Below are positions 1 through 11,830 of a stretch of DNA of 64,000 nt, one piece after another. This stretch comes from Chaetodon trifascialis (taxonomy: Eukaryota): the NCBI RefSeq assembly GCF_039877785.1, contig NC_092066.1, positions 5,315,152-5,379,151 of the forward strand. The letters are read 5' to 3'. The first letter of the stretch is position 1. Each line of letters begins with the position of its first letter. The notes below the pieces were generated by a model. That model saw only the letters and a program-made list of their open reading frames with translations, did not search any database and was not told the origin of the DNA. Both the position numbers and the translations under genes were made by a program.

Positions 1-72
1 ATCATTTTTTATGGTTGAATTTTTAGGGATTTCTCTGCAACAGTAAAACTGAGATTCTCTTTTTCTTGCCAG

Positions 73-252
73 GGTGTTTGTTTGGTATTGAGCGTCACAT
101 CCAAAACGCCGCTGTTACAAACCTTGGCCAAGAAGAGGAGCACTGTCCTGTTTTCCCTGGGACAGCTCACCATGCTGGACCGGAAGGAGATAGTTCAGAA
201 GGGACTCGACGAGTTTGGGAAGAAACTCAGCGACTCTGCGTTCAACAACCAG
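73..252 (+). CDS. tep1: TEP1 copy A exon (equals exon 25)
   Basis: Acceptor tcttgccag| and donor CAG|gttctt. Peptide GVCLVLSVTSKTPLLQTLAKKRSTVLFSLGQLTMLDRKEIVQKGLDEFGKKLSDSAFNNQ. Confidence 0.7.
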
Positions 253-337
253 GTTCTTCTTATTTGTGTTTTGCTCTGTATTCATCACGGTGTTGAATTC
301 GTCTTTTATCCTAAAACTATACTGTCTGCTTCTCCAG

Positions 338-430
338 CTCCAGACGCTGATAATGAATAAGGGAGCAGTGAGTCCTCTGTACCTGCACCTGGCCTGTGAG
401 GACCTGAGGAACTTCGCAACCTTTGACAAG
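338..430 (+). CDS. tep1: TEP1 copy A exon (equals exon 26)
   Basis: Peptide LQTLIMNKGAVSPLYLHLACEDLRNFATFDK. Same splice sites as B. Confidence 0.7.
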
Positions 431-932
431 GTTTAATATCACTTTTTCCAGTCACTTCCACAATGATGGTGGTTTTTCCAGTGTCAGCTGCAGCAGTGCT
501 TTGTGTTGGGTGGATGCTGACAAGGATCCATGCTCATATTAGCATGTTAACACACTCATGATGATGATAGCACAGCCCAGTTAATTAGAAAATGATTGCA
601 TTCTGTTACACAGCGTCCCAACGTTTTTTGAGTCAGGGTTGTATGATGATGTTTAGCAGGTATAGCCTGTTAGCATGCTGACATTACCCATTTAGCACTA
701 TACACAAAGCATAGCTGAGGCTGATGGGAATGCCTCAGTTTTGCAGGTGTTTGATCACAAACCAAACTATTGGACACATTTTGACACAAAGATGCTGGCA
801 AATGGGCAAATGGTGCTAATCTTGATCATTTCATTGAAATATTTGACCACCCTGCTGCCAGTTTAACTGGTGCATGCACATGACTATCAACATCTTGATA
901 GAAGCAAGGATTTTAATGTCCTCTTGTCTTAG

Positions 933-1068
933 TTGAAGGAGAGCCTCCAGGAGCTGCCTCATTCTCTGGGCCAGTTGGTGCAATACAGCCTGAACAAACT
1001 CTGCTCACAGTACAGAGATATGCTGGGACTCCGCTGGGCCCTGGCAGCACTCACTGTCAGCACCACGG
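933..1068 (+). CDS. tep1: TEP1 copy A exon (equals exon 27)
   Basis: Peptide LKESLQELPHSLGQLVQYSLNKLCSQYRDMLGLRWALAALTVSTT. Donor G|gtaaga. Confidence 0.7.
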
Positions 1069-1222
1069 GTAAGAGGTTTTATAGAAGTTTTAGCATTGTT
1101 TTTAAATTTTCTAAAGGGCTAGATATGGTAAATATACAGCTAATGCAACACAGAGGGGAAAGGGATGTTATCAAACGACATTATCTAAGGTCGTCTCAAC
1201 ATTTTCTCCTCTTGGTCGACAG

Positions 1223-1382
1223 GCATGCGGGAGAGAGACTTGTACTCTGTACTGAACACGTGCAGTGACCTCTCCTCAAGGGACGCTCAGGTCACATGGC
1301 AGGAAGTACTGTGTCTGTCCAGGAAGCCAGAAGCACGCATTCCCATGGCAGCTTTCACTCGTATAGTTCAGAGTTTAAAAAG
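1223..1382 (+). CDS. tep1: TEP1 copy A exon (equals exon 28)
   Basis: Peptide GMRERDLYSVLNTCSDLSSRDAQVTWQEVLCLSRKPEARIPMAAFTRIVQSLK. Open in phase. Confidence 0.7.
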
Positions 1383-1666
1383 GTATTGAAATTGGAAAAA
1401 TCCCATTATGTGGGACAGTAATGTCCCCAGGTGACTGTAGTTGCTTGTGAAAAAAGTATTGTTGCACCTAGATGAATACACTTAATCCTCAATATTTGAC
1501 CATTTTGACCAAAAGGCTCCATACTGATGGTGTGCTTTTAGATTTCCTCCATGTTTGAAGGATACACAGTATGGAGAAAACATCCTGTTTAGATTTAATG
1601 TAAAATTATGGACAATAATCCTAAAGGAGGAAGTGTTATTTAACCTAATTGGATCCTTTTCTGCAG

Positions 1667-1800
1667 CCTGATTGGTCTGTCTCATTGCCACAACACTGAC
1701 GACTTACTAGTTCTAACCAATCCAGAGGTGAGGAAGGCCTTTGAGGACTTCCTCCTTCCAACAGAAAGTGACAGAACCAGAGCTCACCTTGTACTAGCAG
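1667..1800 (+). CDS. tep1: TEP1 copy A exon (equals exon 29)
   Basis: Acceptor ttctgcag| and donor G|gtaaag. Same peptide as the B exon. Confidence 0.7.
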
Positions 1801-1901
1801 GTAAAGTACACACAGTCTGTTTCAATACAACCTAAGTAAGTCTTGGTCACCGTATATATATTTTAACTAGTCTAGTATCACTGTGCTGTCTCTTCATACA
1901 G

Positions 1902-1990
1902 CTCATTTTTGGGCCCTTGCTGACCAGCGGGGCACAGATACCTTCCTTCACTGTGAGGCCAACTCTGTCAAGCACCTTCCCTCCAACCTG
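1902..1990 (+). CDS. tep1: TEP1 copy A exon (equals exon 30)
   Basis: Acceptor tcatacag|. Peptide AHFWALADQRGTDTFLHCEANSVKHLPSNL. Confidence 0.65.
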
Positions 1991-2489
1991 GTCAGTTATC
2001 TCCCGTCATCACACATCATATAAAAGCGGCACAAAATGAGCAACAGTACTTTGTTACTTTGAGGTACAAACTATATAAATTCACCAATAAACTCTCATTT
2101 GTCAGTTCTTAAAAAACTTTGCAATAGAGAAGCAATCAGCTGCACACTGACCTTCACGTGTACTCGCTTTATTTAATCAAAGGTTCAGTTTCCTCGGCCT
2201 TCATCAGGTACGACTCCACTGAAGTTTTAATTAAATCTCGCCTACCTACTCTCACTTTCTGGTTCCTTATCATGTCCTACACATCTGTCATCACAGACAG
2301 AATTGGAAATTTTTCCTTCCAATATAATCGCATTAAAACATGTTTGTCAAGCTCTTGAATATGTTTGAATATTGCTTAGTGCCATATGAAATGCTTCTTT
2401 TACATCCTCGTTGAAGGAATCCTCCAGAGAACCACAGTTATTCATGATATTTACTTTAGACTTCAGCTCCTTTATTTGGCTTTGTTCAG

Positions 2490-2604
2490 AGTCAGAGTGG
2501 CCAACAGGAGGCGCTTCAGTCCCTGCTCTCCAACTACTACTTCCTGTATGCTAATGTGCGCCACGGCCTCCTGCATCAGCTCCTGGAGACCTACAGCTTG
2601 TATG
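2490..2604 (+). CDS. tep1: TEP1 copy A exon (equals exon 31)
   Basis: Peptide SQSGQQEALQSLLSNYYFLYANVRHGLLHQLLETYSLY. Confidence 0.7.
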
Positions 2605-2738
2605 GTGAGCATGCACGACAATAGCTTGTCATTGTTTAGATGGTTCTTCCTTTAATCCTTCACATATTTCCTCTCAAACAAATTCCCACAAACTGTGTTT
2701 TATTCCTTCTTCATACACCTTTCTCCTTGTGCTCTCAG

Positions 2739-2949
2739 TTGGCTTCCATGCTGATCTCAAGGACTGCCAGAGTTTCCTGCGGCGTCACGCTCTCCTGCTC
2801 TCTTCCTGGCCGGCTCTTTTCATTCAGCAAGCCCTCAACGAGCCTCCTTGGACCTCTGCTCACACCTGGGCACAAGACCTGGTGGCAGAAGGAGAGGCTC
2901 GGGTAGTTGAAGTGCTAAACACTTACAATCAGCCCCTTCAGGAGACCAG
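2739..2949 (+). CDS. tep1: TEP1 copy A exon (equals exon 32)
   Basis: Within ORF 2729..2953. Acceptor ctctcag| and donor AG|gtaagc. Confidence 0.7.
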
Positions 2950-3117
2950 GTAAGCAGGTTGTCTGCAAAGTGGTTTAGAAGAAGTGTGTTAGAAGTTCTT
3001 CCCAAATCCACTCCTTGGGACTGAGGCTGACTTTAGAGAGCTTTATTTATTTTTTGCCTTTTTAGCTTAATATTAGTATATAGGAATGTGTTAATGGCCT
3101 CGTGTGTGTCGTTGCAG

Positions 3118-3238
3118 TAAGCTGGTGTCGACCTTCACCTCTGAGCCGACCTGTTTGGTTGTGAGCTTGGATGAAAAGCTGATGGTGGTTGGCACTGGAC
3201 AGGGAACACTGTATTTCATCAACATGCAGACTGGACAG
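3118..3238 (+). CDS. tep1: TEP1 copy A exon (equals exon 33, WD40)
   Basis: Peptide SKLVSTFTSEPTCLVVSLDEKLMVVGTGQGTLYFINMQTGQ. Confidence 0.75.
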
Positions 3239-3517
3239 GTATGCACAAATTTTCCAGCATAGTCAGCGTAGTGACCGTTTGTAAATGCAGCAGCTCGGTA
3301 ATCAGAGTGCTCCTCTACCCCGACCTCATGTTTCCTTCTGTGCTGCAGCACTGCGCTCACAGCCATACTTTCCTTGTCTAGTCTTTTTTTCTGCACATGC
3401 ACGCTCATAGAAAACAGAATAGAAACCAGGATTTAAGTCTACACAATGTTCAAATTACTCTTCAGTTTTGACATTGGAAAAAAAGTCTAATATCAACACT
3501 CTTGTGGCTGTGAACAG

Positions 3518-3642
3518 GAAGTGAAATCGCTGGTGAGCAGCTGCGACGGCATCTCGAGCGGTGTCTTTCTTAAGGATGGACGTCTTGCTACCACCTCCTT
3601 CGATGGACGGATAGAGATCTGGGACATCGAGAATGGCTGCAG
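3518..3642 (+). CDS. tep1: TEP1 copy A exon (equals exon 34, WD40)
   Basis: Within ORF 3521..3715. Peptide EVKSLVSSCDGISSGVFLKDGRLATTSFDGRIEIWDIENGC. Confidence 0.8.
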
Positions 3643-3756
3643 GTCAGAGGAGAGTTGGAGGGACATTTCACAAAATGCCTCAGAGTGTACAAATCTTCAG
3701 ATTTCTCAGATGTAGCACAAACTAATGATGTTTGAATTCACTTGTGCTCCTTGCAG

Positions 3757-3856
3757 GACTGCTGTTATTGATGCCCACACCAATGCGATAACAGCGAGTG
3801 ATATCACGTCAGACAGGAAGCACCTTGCCACTGTGTCTTTAGACTCCATGCTGAAA
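3757..3856 (+). CDS. tep1: TEP1 copy A exon (equals exon 35, WD40)
   Basis: Peptide TAVIDAHTNAITASDITSDRKHLATVSLDSMLK. The downstream intron carries the Rex3-like insertion. Confidence 0.75.
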
Positions 3857-3937
3857 GTTAGTCGTTGTGTGCAGAATTGTTTCCTGATGCTTGAGTTTCT
3901 GCCTTTTCTTGCTCCTTTTATTCTGTGGGATTTTAAA

Positions 3938-6900
3938 AAGCCCCTAATGAAAGAAATCCAATCAAGGAAGCGTACGTCGCCCAGATTGGTGTCACCGGGG
4001 CCCCGCCCTGGAGCCAGGCCTGGGGTTGGGGCTCGCAGGTGAGCGCCTGGTGGCACGGGACCCGGCCGGGCACAGCCCGAAGGAGCAACGTGGGCCCTCC
4101 TTCCCGTAGGCCCACCACCCGCAGGAAGGATCAGAAGGGGCCGGTGCTATGTGATATGGGTAGCAGTCGTGGGCGGGGGCCCCGACGACCCAAACCCTGG
4201 ACAACGACTTTGGCTATGGGAACATGGAATGTCACCTCACTGTGGGGGAAAGAGCCTGAGCTAGTGCGGGAGGTTGAGCGGTACCGGCTAGAGATAGTCG
4301 GGCTCACCTCTACGCACAGTCTGGGCTCTGGAACCCAACTCCTTGAGAGAGGCTGGACTCTCTTCTACTCTGGAGTTGCCTGCAGTGAGAGGCGGCGAGC
4401 TGGTGTGGGCTTGCTTATAGCCCCCCAGCTCAGCCGCCATGTGTTGGAGTTCTCCCCGCTGAGCGAGAGGGTCGCTTCCCTGCGCCTTCAGGTTGGGGAT
4501 AGGTCTCTCACTATTGTTTCGGCCTACGGGCCAAACAGTAGCGTAGAGTACCCGGCCTTCTTTGAGTCCCTGGGAGGGGTACTGGAAAGTGTTCCAACCG
4601 GGGACTCCATTGTTCTGCTGGGGGACTTCAATGCTCACGTGGGCAGCAACAGTGACACCTGGAGGGGTGTGATTGGGAGGAACGGCCTCCCCGATCTGAA
4701 CCCGAGTGGTGTTCTGTTATTGGATTTCTGTGCTAGTCACAGTTTGTCCATAACGAACACCATGTTCAAGCATAAGGGTGTCCATCAGTGCACGTGGCAC
4801 CAGGACACCCTAGGCCGGAGGTCAATGATCAACTTTGTAGTCGTATCATCTGACCTTCGGCGGTATGTCTTGGACACTCGGGTAAAGAGAGGGGCTGAGC
4901 TGTCAACTGATCACCACCTGGTGGCGAGTTGGATTCGCTGGCAGGGGAAGAAGTGGGACAGACTTGGCAGACCCAAACGTACCGTGAGGGTCTGTTGGGA
5001 ACATCTGGCGGAACCCGCTGTCAGGGAAGTTTTCAACTCCCACCTCCAGGAGAGCTTCAACCAGATCCCGAGGGAGGTTGGAGACATTGAGTCCGAATGG
5101 ACCATGTTCTCCACTTCCATTGTTGATGCAGCTGTCCGTAGCTGTGTCCGTAAAGTCGGCGGTGCCTGTCGTGGCGGCAACCCTCGAACCCGGTGGTGGA
5201 CACTGGAAGTAAGGGATGCCGTCAAGCTGAAGAAGGAGTCCTATCGGGCCTGGTTGGCTCATAGGACTCCTGAGGCAGCTGATGGGTACCGGCAGGCCAA
5301 GCGTGCGGCAGCTCGGGCAGTTGTAGAAGCAAAAACTCGGGTCTGGGAGGAGTTCGGGGAGGCCATGGAGGAGGAGTACCGGTTGGCCTCGAGGAAATTC
5401 TGGCAAACCGTTCGGCGCCTCAGGAGGGGGAAGCAGCTTTCTGTCAACACTGTTTACAGTGGAGGTGGGGAGCTGTTGACCTCGACTGGGGATATTGTCG
5501 GGCGGTGGAAGGAATACTTCGAGGATCTCCTCAATCCCTCTGTCATGTCTTCCATAGAGGAAGCAGAGACTGGGGACTTGGAGGTCGATTCATTCATCAT
5601 CGGGGCTGAAGTCACTGAGGCAGTTCGCAAGCTCCTCGGTGGCAAAGCGCCGGGGGTGGATGAGATCCGCCCTGAGTACCCCAAGTCTCTGGATGTTGTA
5701 GGACTGTCTTGGTTGACACGCCTCTGCAGCATCGCGTGGCAGACGGGGACAGTGCCTCTGGACTGGCAGACTGGGGTGGTGGTCCCTCTTTTTAAAAAGG
5801 GGGATCGGAGGGTGTGTTCCAACTATCGGGGGATCACACTCCTCAGCCTCCCTGGGAAAGTCTATTCCAGGGTACTGGAGAGGAGAATCCGGCCGATAGT
5901 CGAACCCCGGATTCAAGAGGAACAATGCGGTTTTCGTCCTGGCCGTGGAACACTGGACCGGCTCTATACCCTCCACAGGGTGCTTGAGGGTTCATGGGAG
6001 TTTGCCCAACCAGTCCACATGTGCTTCGTGGACTTGGAGAAGGCATTTGACCATGTCCCTCGTGTCATTCTGTGGGAGGTGCTCCGGGAGTATGGGGTTG
6101 GAGGCCCTCTGTTGAGGGCTGTACAGTCCCTGTACACCGGAGCAGGAGCTTGGTCCACATTGCCGGCAGTAAGTCGGACCTGTTCCCGGTGCATGTTGGA
6201 CTCCGGCAGGGCTGCCCTTTGTCACCGGTTCTGTTCTTCATCTTTATGGACAGAATTTCTAGGCGCAGCCAGGGGCCGGAGGGGGTTCGGTTCGGGGGCC
6301 GGCAGATTTCGTCTCTGCTTTTCGCGGATGATGTTGTCTTGTTGGCTACCTCGAGCCAGGACCTTCAGCATGCGCTGGGACGGTTCGCAGCCGAGTGTGA
6401 AGCAGCTGGGATGAGAGTCAGCACCTCCAAGTCCGAGGCCATGGTTCTCGACCGGAAAAAGGTGGCTTGCTCCCTTCAGGTTGGGGGAGAGTTCCTGCCT
6501 CAAGTGGCGGAGTTTAAGTATCTTGGGATCCTGTTCACGAGTGAGGGAAGGATGGAACGTGAGATTGACAGGTGGATTGGTGCAGCGGCTGCAGTAATGC
6601 GCTGAGCCGAAAGGCGAAGCTCTCGGTTTACCGGTCAATCTACGTTCCTACCCTCACCTATGGTCATGAACTTTGGGTCATGACCGAAAGAACGAGGTCC
6701 TGGATACAAGCGGCTGAAATGAGTTTCCTCCGCAGGGTGGCGGGGCGCTCCCTTAGAGATAGGGTGAGGAGCTCTGTCACCCGGGAGGAGCTCAGAGTAG
6801 AGTCGCTGCTCCTCCACATCGAGAGGAGTCAGCTGAGGTGGCTCGGGCATCTCTATCGGATGCCCCCTGGACGCCTCCCTAGGGAGGTGTTCCAGGCATG

Positions 6901-7100
6901 TCCCACCGGGAGGAGGCCCCGGGGAAGACCCAGGACACGCTGGGGTGACTATGTCACTCGGCTGGCCTGGGAATGCCTCGGGATCCCCCTGGAAGAGCTG
7001 GAGGAAGTGTCCAGGGAGAGGGAAGTCTGGGCGTCCCTGCTCAGACTGCTCCCCCCGCAACCCGGCCCCGGATAAGCGGAAGACAATGGATGGATGGATG
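3938..7100 (+). mobile_element. RTE-clade LINE (Rex3-like). Single APE endonuclease plus RT ORF with at least two frameshifts, and a (GATG)n tail. It is specific to copy A.
   Basis: Absent at the orthologous point of copy B (51660). Flanked by the 9-10 bp TSD gattttaaa(t). Length ~3.16 kb with no ORF1. RT motif FADDVVLLA. Tail ggatggatggatgg. Confidence 0.8.
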
Positions 7101-7284
7101 GATTTTAAATAGTTTTTTCGCCCAGGAAGAGTCGGAACTACATTTTTGCAGTTATTGAGGATCTGAATATACATTGCTATAAATTTTGCTGTCAGCTGTT
7201 ATTCAGTTGTACACATCACTGAAACAGTCAACAGTAACCTTCCTTACTCGTGCTGACCAAATCGTGCTGATCTTCTGCTGTCAG

Positions 7285-7440
7285 GTGTGGTCCTCGGCTA
7301 AAGGGCACGAGGTCGCGGCCCTGCCCAGCTCCAGCCCTTTGAACTGTGTGACCTTTCACCCAGAGGATCACCTGCTGGCTGTTGGTTGCTGGAACGGGAA
7401 TGTGATCGTGTGGAACTGGCTCCAGAATGAAACTCTTCCG
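7285..7440 (+). CDS. tep1: TEP1 copy A exon (equals exon 36, WD40)
   Basis: Within ORF 7186..7590. Acceptor gctgtcag| and donor CCG|gtgagt. Confidence 0.8.
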
Positions 7441-7753
7441 GTGAGTTATTGTGAGGAGAGGCCAAAGACGCATAGGAATAGAGAGCTAAAGTCAGCTTCA
7501 TGTTCACTCTTTCAAAATAAAAGTAATAATTCTGACACTGTAAAGGATGAAAAGCCAGACCTGTGCAGCCCACTCCTCATCTTTACATGAGGCTAGCAGC
7601 TCAAGGCTACATTAGCCACCACTGGCATAACACACCTGAATGTTGAGCTGAATTTTGGTGGTTGAGTTGCATTGTGGGTAATGTTTGCAGCTAGGTTTTG
7701 ACAGGTTTTATTTAAAAATACAACCACCATTTCTCCTTTGTCTGTTCCACCAG

Positions 7754-7972
7754 CCTCTGTTGGGTCACCAGAGATCAGTGCGCAGTCTCTCCTTCTCCAC
7801 CTCCTCCTCCTCCTCCATGCTCTGCTCTGGCTCTGTGTCCGGAGAGGTCAGGGTGTGGTCGGTGCCCACCTCCACCTGTGTGGGATGTTTCCAGGCTCAC
7901 TCTGGAGCCACCGAGGCCCTCACCTTCCTGGAAGAAGGCAGCATGCTGCTGAGTGCCGGCTCCGATCACACA
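7754..7972 (+). CDS. tep1: TEP1 copy A exon (equals exon 37, WD40)
   Basis: Within ORF 7685..7993. Donor ACA|gtgagg. One extra Ser codon relative to B. Confidence 0.75.
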
Positions 7973-8130
7973 GTGAGGCGTCGCTGCCTGTAAACAATGA
8001 GCAAGGATCCGAGAAACTAAACTTAGCTCCACGGGCCAGAGTGGCTAGATTGTGATTATATAATTACGGCACATTTACTGCTTTACTCACCTAATTATCA
8101 CTAATTATCATTTGTCCTTCTGTAAAACAG

Positions 8131-8187
8131 CTCCAGCTGTGGTCGGCGGGACTTGGACGTTCGGTCTCCACATTAACAAGTGATGAA
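8131..8187 (+). CDS. tep1: TEP1 copy A exon (equals exon 38)
   Basis: Peptide LQLWSAGLGRSVSTLTSDE. Donor GAA|gtaagc. Confidence 0.7.
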
Positions 8188-8218
8188 GTAAGCTCCTTAT
8201 TTATCTTGTGTATTAAGA

Positions 8219-8533
8219 TTAAGATACATCCATCCATCCATTTTCTATACCACCTATCCCTTTCAATGGGTGAGGTACACCTTGGATCAATCGCAGGGCA
8301 ACACACAAGACAAACAACCATTCACACTCACACCTAGGGGGAATTTTAGAGTCATCAATGAACCGAATGAGCATGTTTTTGGGCTGTGGGAGGAAGCCGG
8401 AGTACCCGGAGAGGAGAGGCACGGGAAGAACATGCAAACTTCACACAGAAAGGCTTCGCCCGGGGATCGAACCGGCAACCTTCTTGCTGTGAGGCACGTA
8501 CACTACCTGTTTCGCCACCGTGCTGCCCGATTA
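8219..8533 (-). mobile_element. tRNA-derived SINE whose 3' end and (GATG)n tail match the Rex3-like LINE tail
   Basis: Reverse complement shows a tRNA-like head with GGTTCGATCCC B-box, then gtttgcatgttct..ccctgcgattgatcc..gggataggtggtatagaaaatggatggatgg. Absent from copy B. Confidence 0.7.
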
Positions 8534-9565
8534 AGATACATACTTTATTGATCACCGCACAACATGCCATGCATCGGTGAACACAACAACATACAAAGCA
8601 TGCACATGTCATGCTTTTTGGTGAAATTATTCCTTTTTTTTTTTTTTGATATTTTCTTTTTATTTGGAAAAGCAAATATTTACATTTTAATTCACAACAT
8701 TTCAGTCCTTCCCTGGACCCTAAAGTATCTTTTCCTTTGGTTTGTCCGCCCTATTTCCCTTGATAATGGATGGGAGTAATTCCAGAAAGTCCAAGTGTCT
8801 TTTCCATGCTGCTCTTCCAAGATATTTTTGAGTCATTCAAGTATTGTATCCAGTGAACAGAACCAGGGGAGCTCACATCCTAAGGCCTCTCAGTTTCACA
8901 CTCAGTGAAAACAAATAAAAAACAAAAAATCTTCTTCAAAAATTCTGGTGGTAGTGTTACACACAAAAGTGATTTAAATGAAGAATAGACTCAAGTGAAA
9001 TCAGATCTTACAGGTTTTGTGTACTCAGTCCATTTGGACCAAATCCGACAGAACTTTTCTCTCTGTACTCATAGGGGAAATTTTTCCATAATGTAAATTT
9101 CATGTACTATATCCATCTATTCCTCGATGGTGGGTGGTTCTACCTTAAGCCATTTTCTTGTGATAGTTTTTTTACTGGCTGCCAATAGTACACAAAGCAA
9201 TTTTCTATCATTCTTGTTCCAATTGTGAAAGTCAATGTCTCCCAAATACATAGATTCATAGTTGAAGGTAATATTCCTCCCCATTATATTTGTTATATGT
9301 TTATGGATTTCTTCCCAAAATTCTCTGATAACCTTGCAGTCTCAGAAAATATGGAAGTGATTGGCTCCACTAGTGCCATATAGTCTCCAACAAAAGTCAT
9401 CATTACCCTGATGTCATTTCTGAATGGGTGTGATAAAAAATTTCACAATGTTCTTCCAACAAAATTCCCGCCATGTTTGACCCTGTTGACCTCCACTGTA
9501 GCTGACATATTCTTTACCAACTCTCCACTGAGATGACTGCCTCTCCTTTTTTTCCCCACTTCTCC

Positions 9566-9589
<24 letters not shown>
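9566..9589. repeat. (TA)12 microsatellite
   Basis: Perfect TA run. Confidence 0.9.
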
Positions 9590-9596
<7 letters not shown>

Positions 9597-9675
9597 CTTG
9601 TTTTGATTTTTGGATGCCATTGTACAATATGGATATAATTTTGCTGCAAGACTGGGACTTCTGCGATAAAAATAC

Positions 9676-10260
9676 CTACAGGAAGCCTGAATTGAGTTCT
9701 ACTAAAGCCTCTTTCATGTGTTGATGAAAATAGCTTCTAACTTGCAGGTGCCTGTAAAAGTCCTCTTTTCCCAATCCTTGTTCGTTTTGCAGAGCTTCAA
9801 ATCTCTGGAAAGCCCCCTTGTGGACAAAAGAGTAATTGCTGGTTAAGTCCTTTGGGATCCATCTCTCAAATCTATCATCCGAATCGTAGGCACACTGCCT
9901 CAGGATTTTAGATGCATGCTCCAATCTACAGGTTTTTACTACTTCCTACCAGGATTTTAGGAAGATGTCAGGCAAGGGATCCTCTGAAATCATAAGATCA
10001 TCTTGCAATTTCTTATCTGCCAGTAGGGCTGCTACCGGAGTTCCTTTCACACTTGTACCTTCTATATCTTTCCAACCTGCAGTGTACATTGGTGAGAGTA
10101 AACAAATTAATGGTCTCAATTGAGCTGCATGATAATACTCTTTTAGGCAGGGAAGGCCCATTCCACCCCTTTGTTTTTTTAATTGCAAAGTTCTATATTT
10201 AATCCTGGCCTTTTTCCCTTGCCAGAGATATCCTCCTGTCCCATTCTAAAAATTGTTTAA
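9676..10260 (-). mobile_element. L1-clade LINE ORF2 C-terminal fragment
   Basis: Minus ORFs ..GLPCLKEYYHAAQLRPL.. and ..RFERWIPKDLTSNYSFVHK.. are typical of the L1 ORF2 C-terminal region. Copy-A-specific intron block. Confidence 0.4.
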
Positions 10261-10374
10261 GTGATACTTCAGTTGGCAGGCACTGGAAGAGGTAATCTTG
10301 GCAAGATATTCAACCTAACTGATTCTATCCAAGAGCTCAAACTTAGAAAGGGAACAACATTCCACCTTTGTATG

Positions 10375-11569
10375 TCTGGTATCCAAATTTTGATACCGTC
10401 AAACCTTCCCCACATTTTCCCGGGGTATACGGTATTACCGTGACTAATTAAAAATCACTTTGCAGGGCAGCGTGACATGCGCGCAGTTCATATGGTCAAT
10501 GCTCACGCGAAGAAGCACCAATCCTAACTTGTAGCATACCAGAATGACGGGGAGAAACTCAGCTAAAAGCCTCCACCAAGCATTGCCACCCAAACAAAAC
10601 ATAATTCATACCCCAAGAAATTATACGCGCTTGTCGATTTCACCACTTCACACAAACCACAAAAGCCCGCTATCAAATGAAAGCAGATTCTGATGATCAC
10701 GAAGATGTCTGCCTCCTCACTGTGCGACGAAAACTCAGCGAGCTAGCAGCCAAAGAGAAGCAGAAAAAAAAAAAAACTTTGCTAAATCATACAGTATGTC
10801 TTACCTTCGCTGTTTTGTGGTCAAAAGTTATATTCCACCCCGAAAAAACGCTGCTAATGTCTCCTCATATTACTGTGTTAGTTTGAGATCAATCACGAAG
10901 GTCCTGCTTGTTTATATAAAGAGGAGGGGGTTTCTAGAGTGGAGGGAGCGCTCTTCATGCAATAACCTATCTCTGGGCTTACTTCCTTCTGGATCGTCAT
11001 TGGTGTTTCTATGGTGAATTTGGGCGGGTCGCTGAGCTATTGACCGGCGTAACTACGCAGTTAGTTTCACCGCTCCGTCTCATGACTACGCAGAGCGCTC
11101 ACAGAGGTTTTTGCTGAGCAGTCAGAAGCGTTATTTTACTGTTTTATTTGCATTTCGTCCTTTTATGAGAGCTAAGAACAATAGCAAGCAGAAAAAAGGC
11201 TGAAAAAGTGTTTTCAACAGAGGAGTTTCTCCGTATGCTTGGACGAGATAACTATACTCTGCCCAGATGCGCCTAAATGAGCGCCTGGACATACCTATGT
11301 TAAAACATCTGTAAAACTGCTCAGGTTCATTTTTAGCATGTATTTTTGCGCAGTCACCTTTTTCTCAAGTAAAAATTTAACCAGATACATTGAACGGAGT
11401 GGACTTCTTTTTTGTTATGACGATGGTACGTCATATGTAGGCCCCTATAGACCTATATGCGCAGCATTTTTTTTTTAAATGACGGTAATGAAACTGATAC
11501 CGTTGCTATTTTTAGATACCGTGGGATACATTATTACCGGCTTACCGCCCAACCCTACTGCTCATCTTA
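10375..11569. mobile_element. Non-autonomous hAT-like TIR element (hAT-N family, copy 1, slightly 5'-truncated)
   Basis: Near full-length reverse-complement match to 43007-44097. Right terminus ..ccgcccaaccctA. No coding capacity. Confidence 0.7.
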
Positions 11570-11661
11570 TCTTCATTCTGTCCTGCTGTTTTGTTTTTTG
11601 TTTTTTTTTAACATAAATCTCATATTTCTCTCCAAATCAATTGCTCCACTGGACGTTTCAG

Positions 11662-11758
11662 TACAAGCCTGCTGCTGCTCTGTGTGTGGCTGTCAATGGA
11701 GACTACGTCGCTGTGGGCTACCATGGTGATGGCATCAGACTTTTCAGTCTTAACCCAG
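11662..11758 (+). CDS. tep1: TEP1 copy A exon (equals exon 39). It lacks the 42 nt present in B.
   Basis: Peptide YKPAAALCVAVNGDYVAVGYHGDGIRLFSLNP. The deletion is in frame. Confidence 0.7.
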
Positions 11759-11830
11759 GTGTGTTTTTATGTCTTTCCTCTTCTCTGCATGAGTGTTGTC
11801 CAAAATGAAGATAGTGTGTTTTTAATATAG

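Noticed and set aside
115-429. Numerous minus-strand and alternative-frame ORFs from the six-frame track overlapping TEP1 exons (e.g. 115..429 minus, 3091..3408 minus, 12336..12560 plus, 22283..22708 minus)
   Set aside because: They are antisense or off-frame shadows of real exons, or low-complexity read-through in LINE UTRs. They lack splice-site and homology support, and several use non-ATG starts.
4039-6414. 791-aa ORF as a host protein-coding gene
   Set aside because: It encodes APE endonuclease plus reverse transcriptase of an RTE-type LINE with TSDs, and is absent from the paralogous intron.
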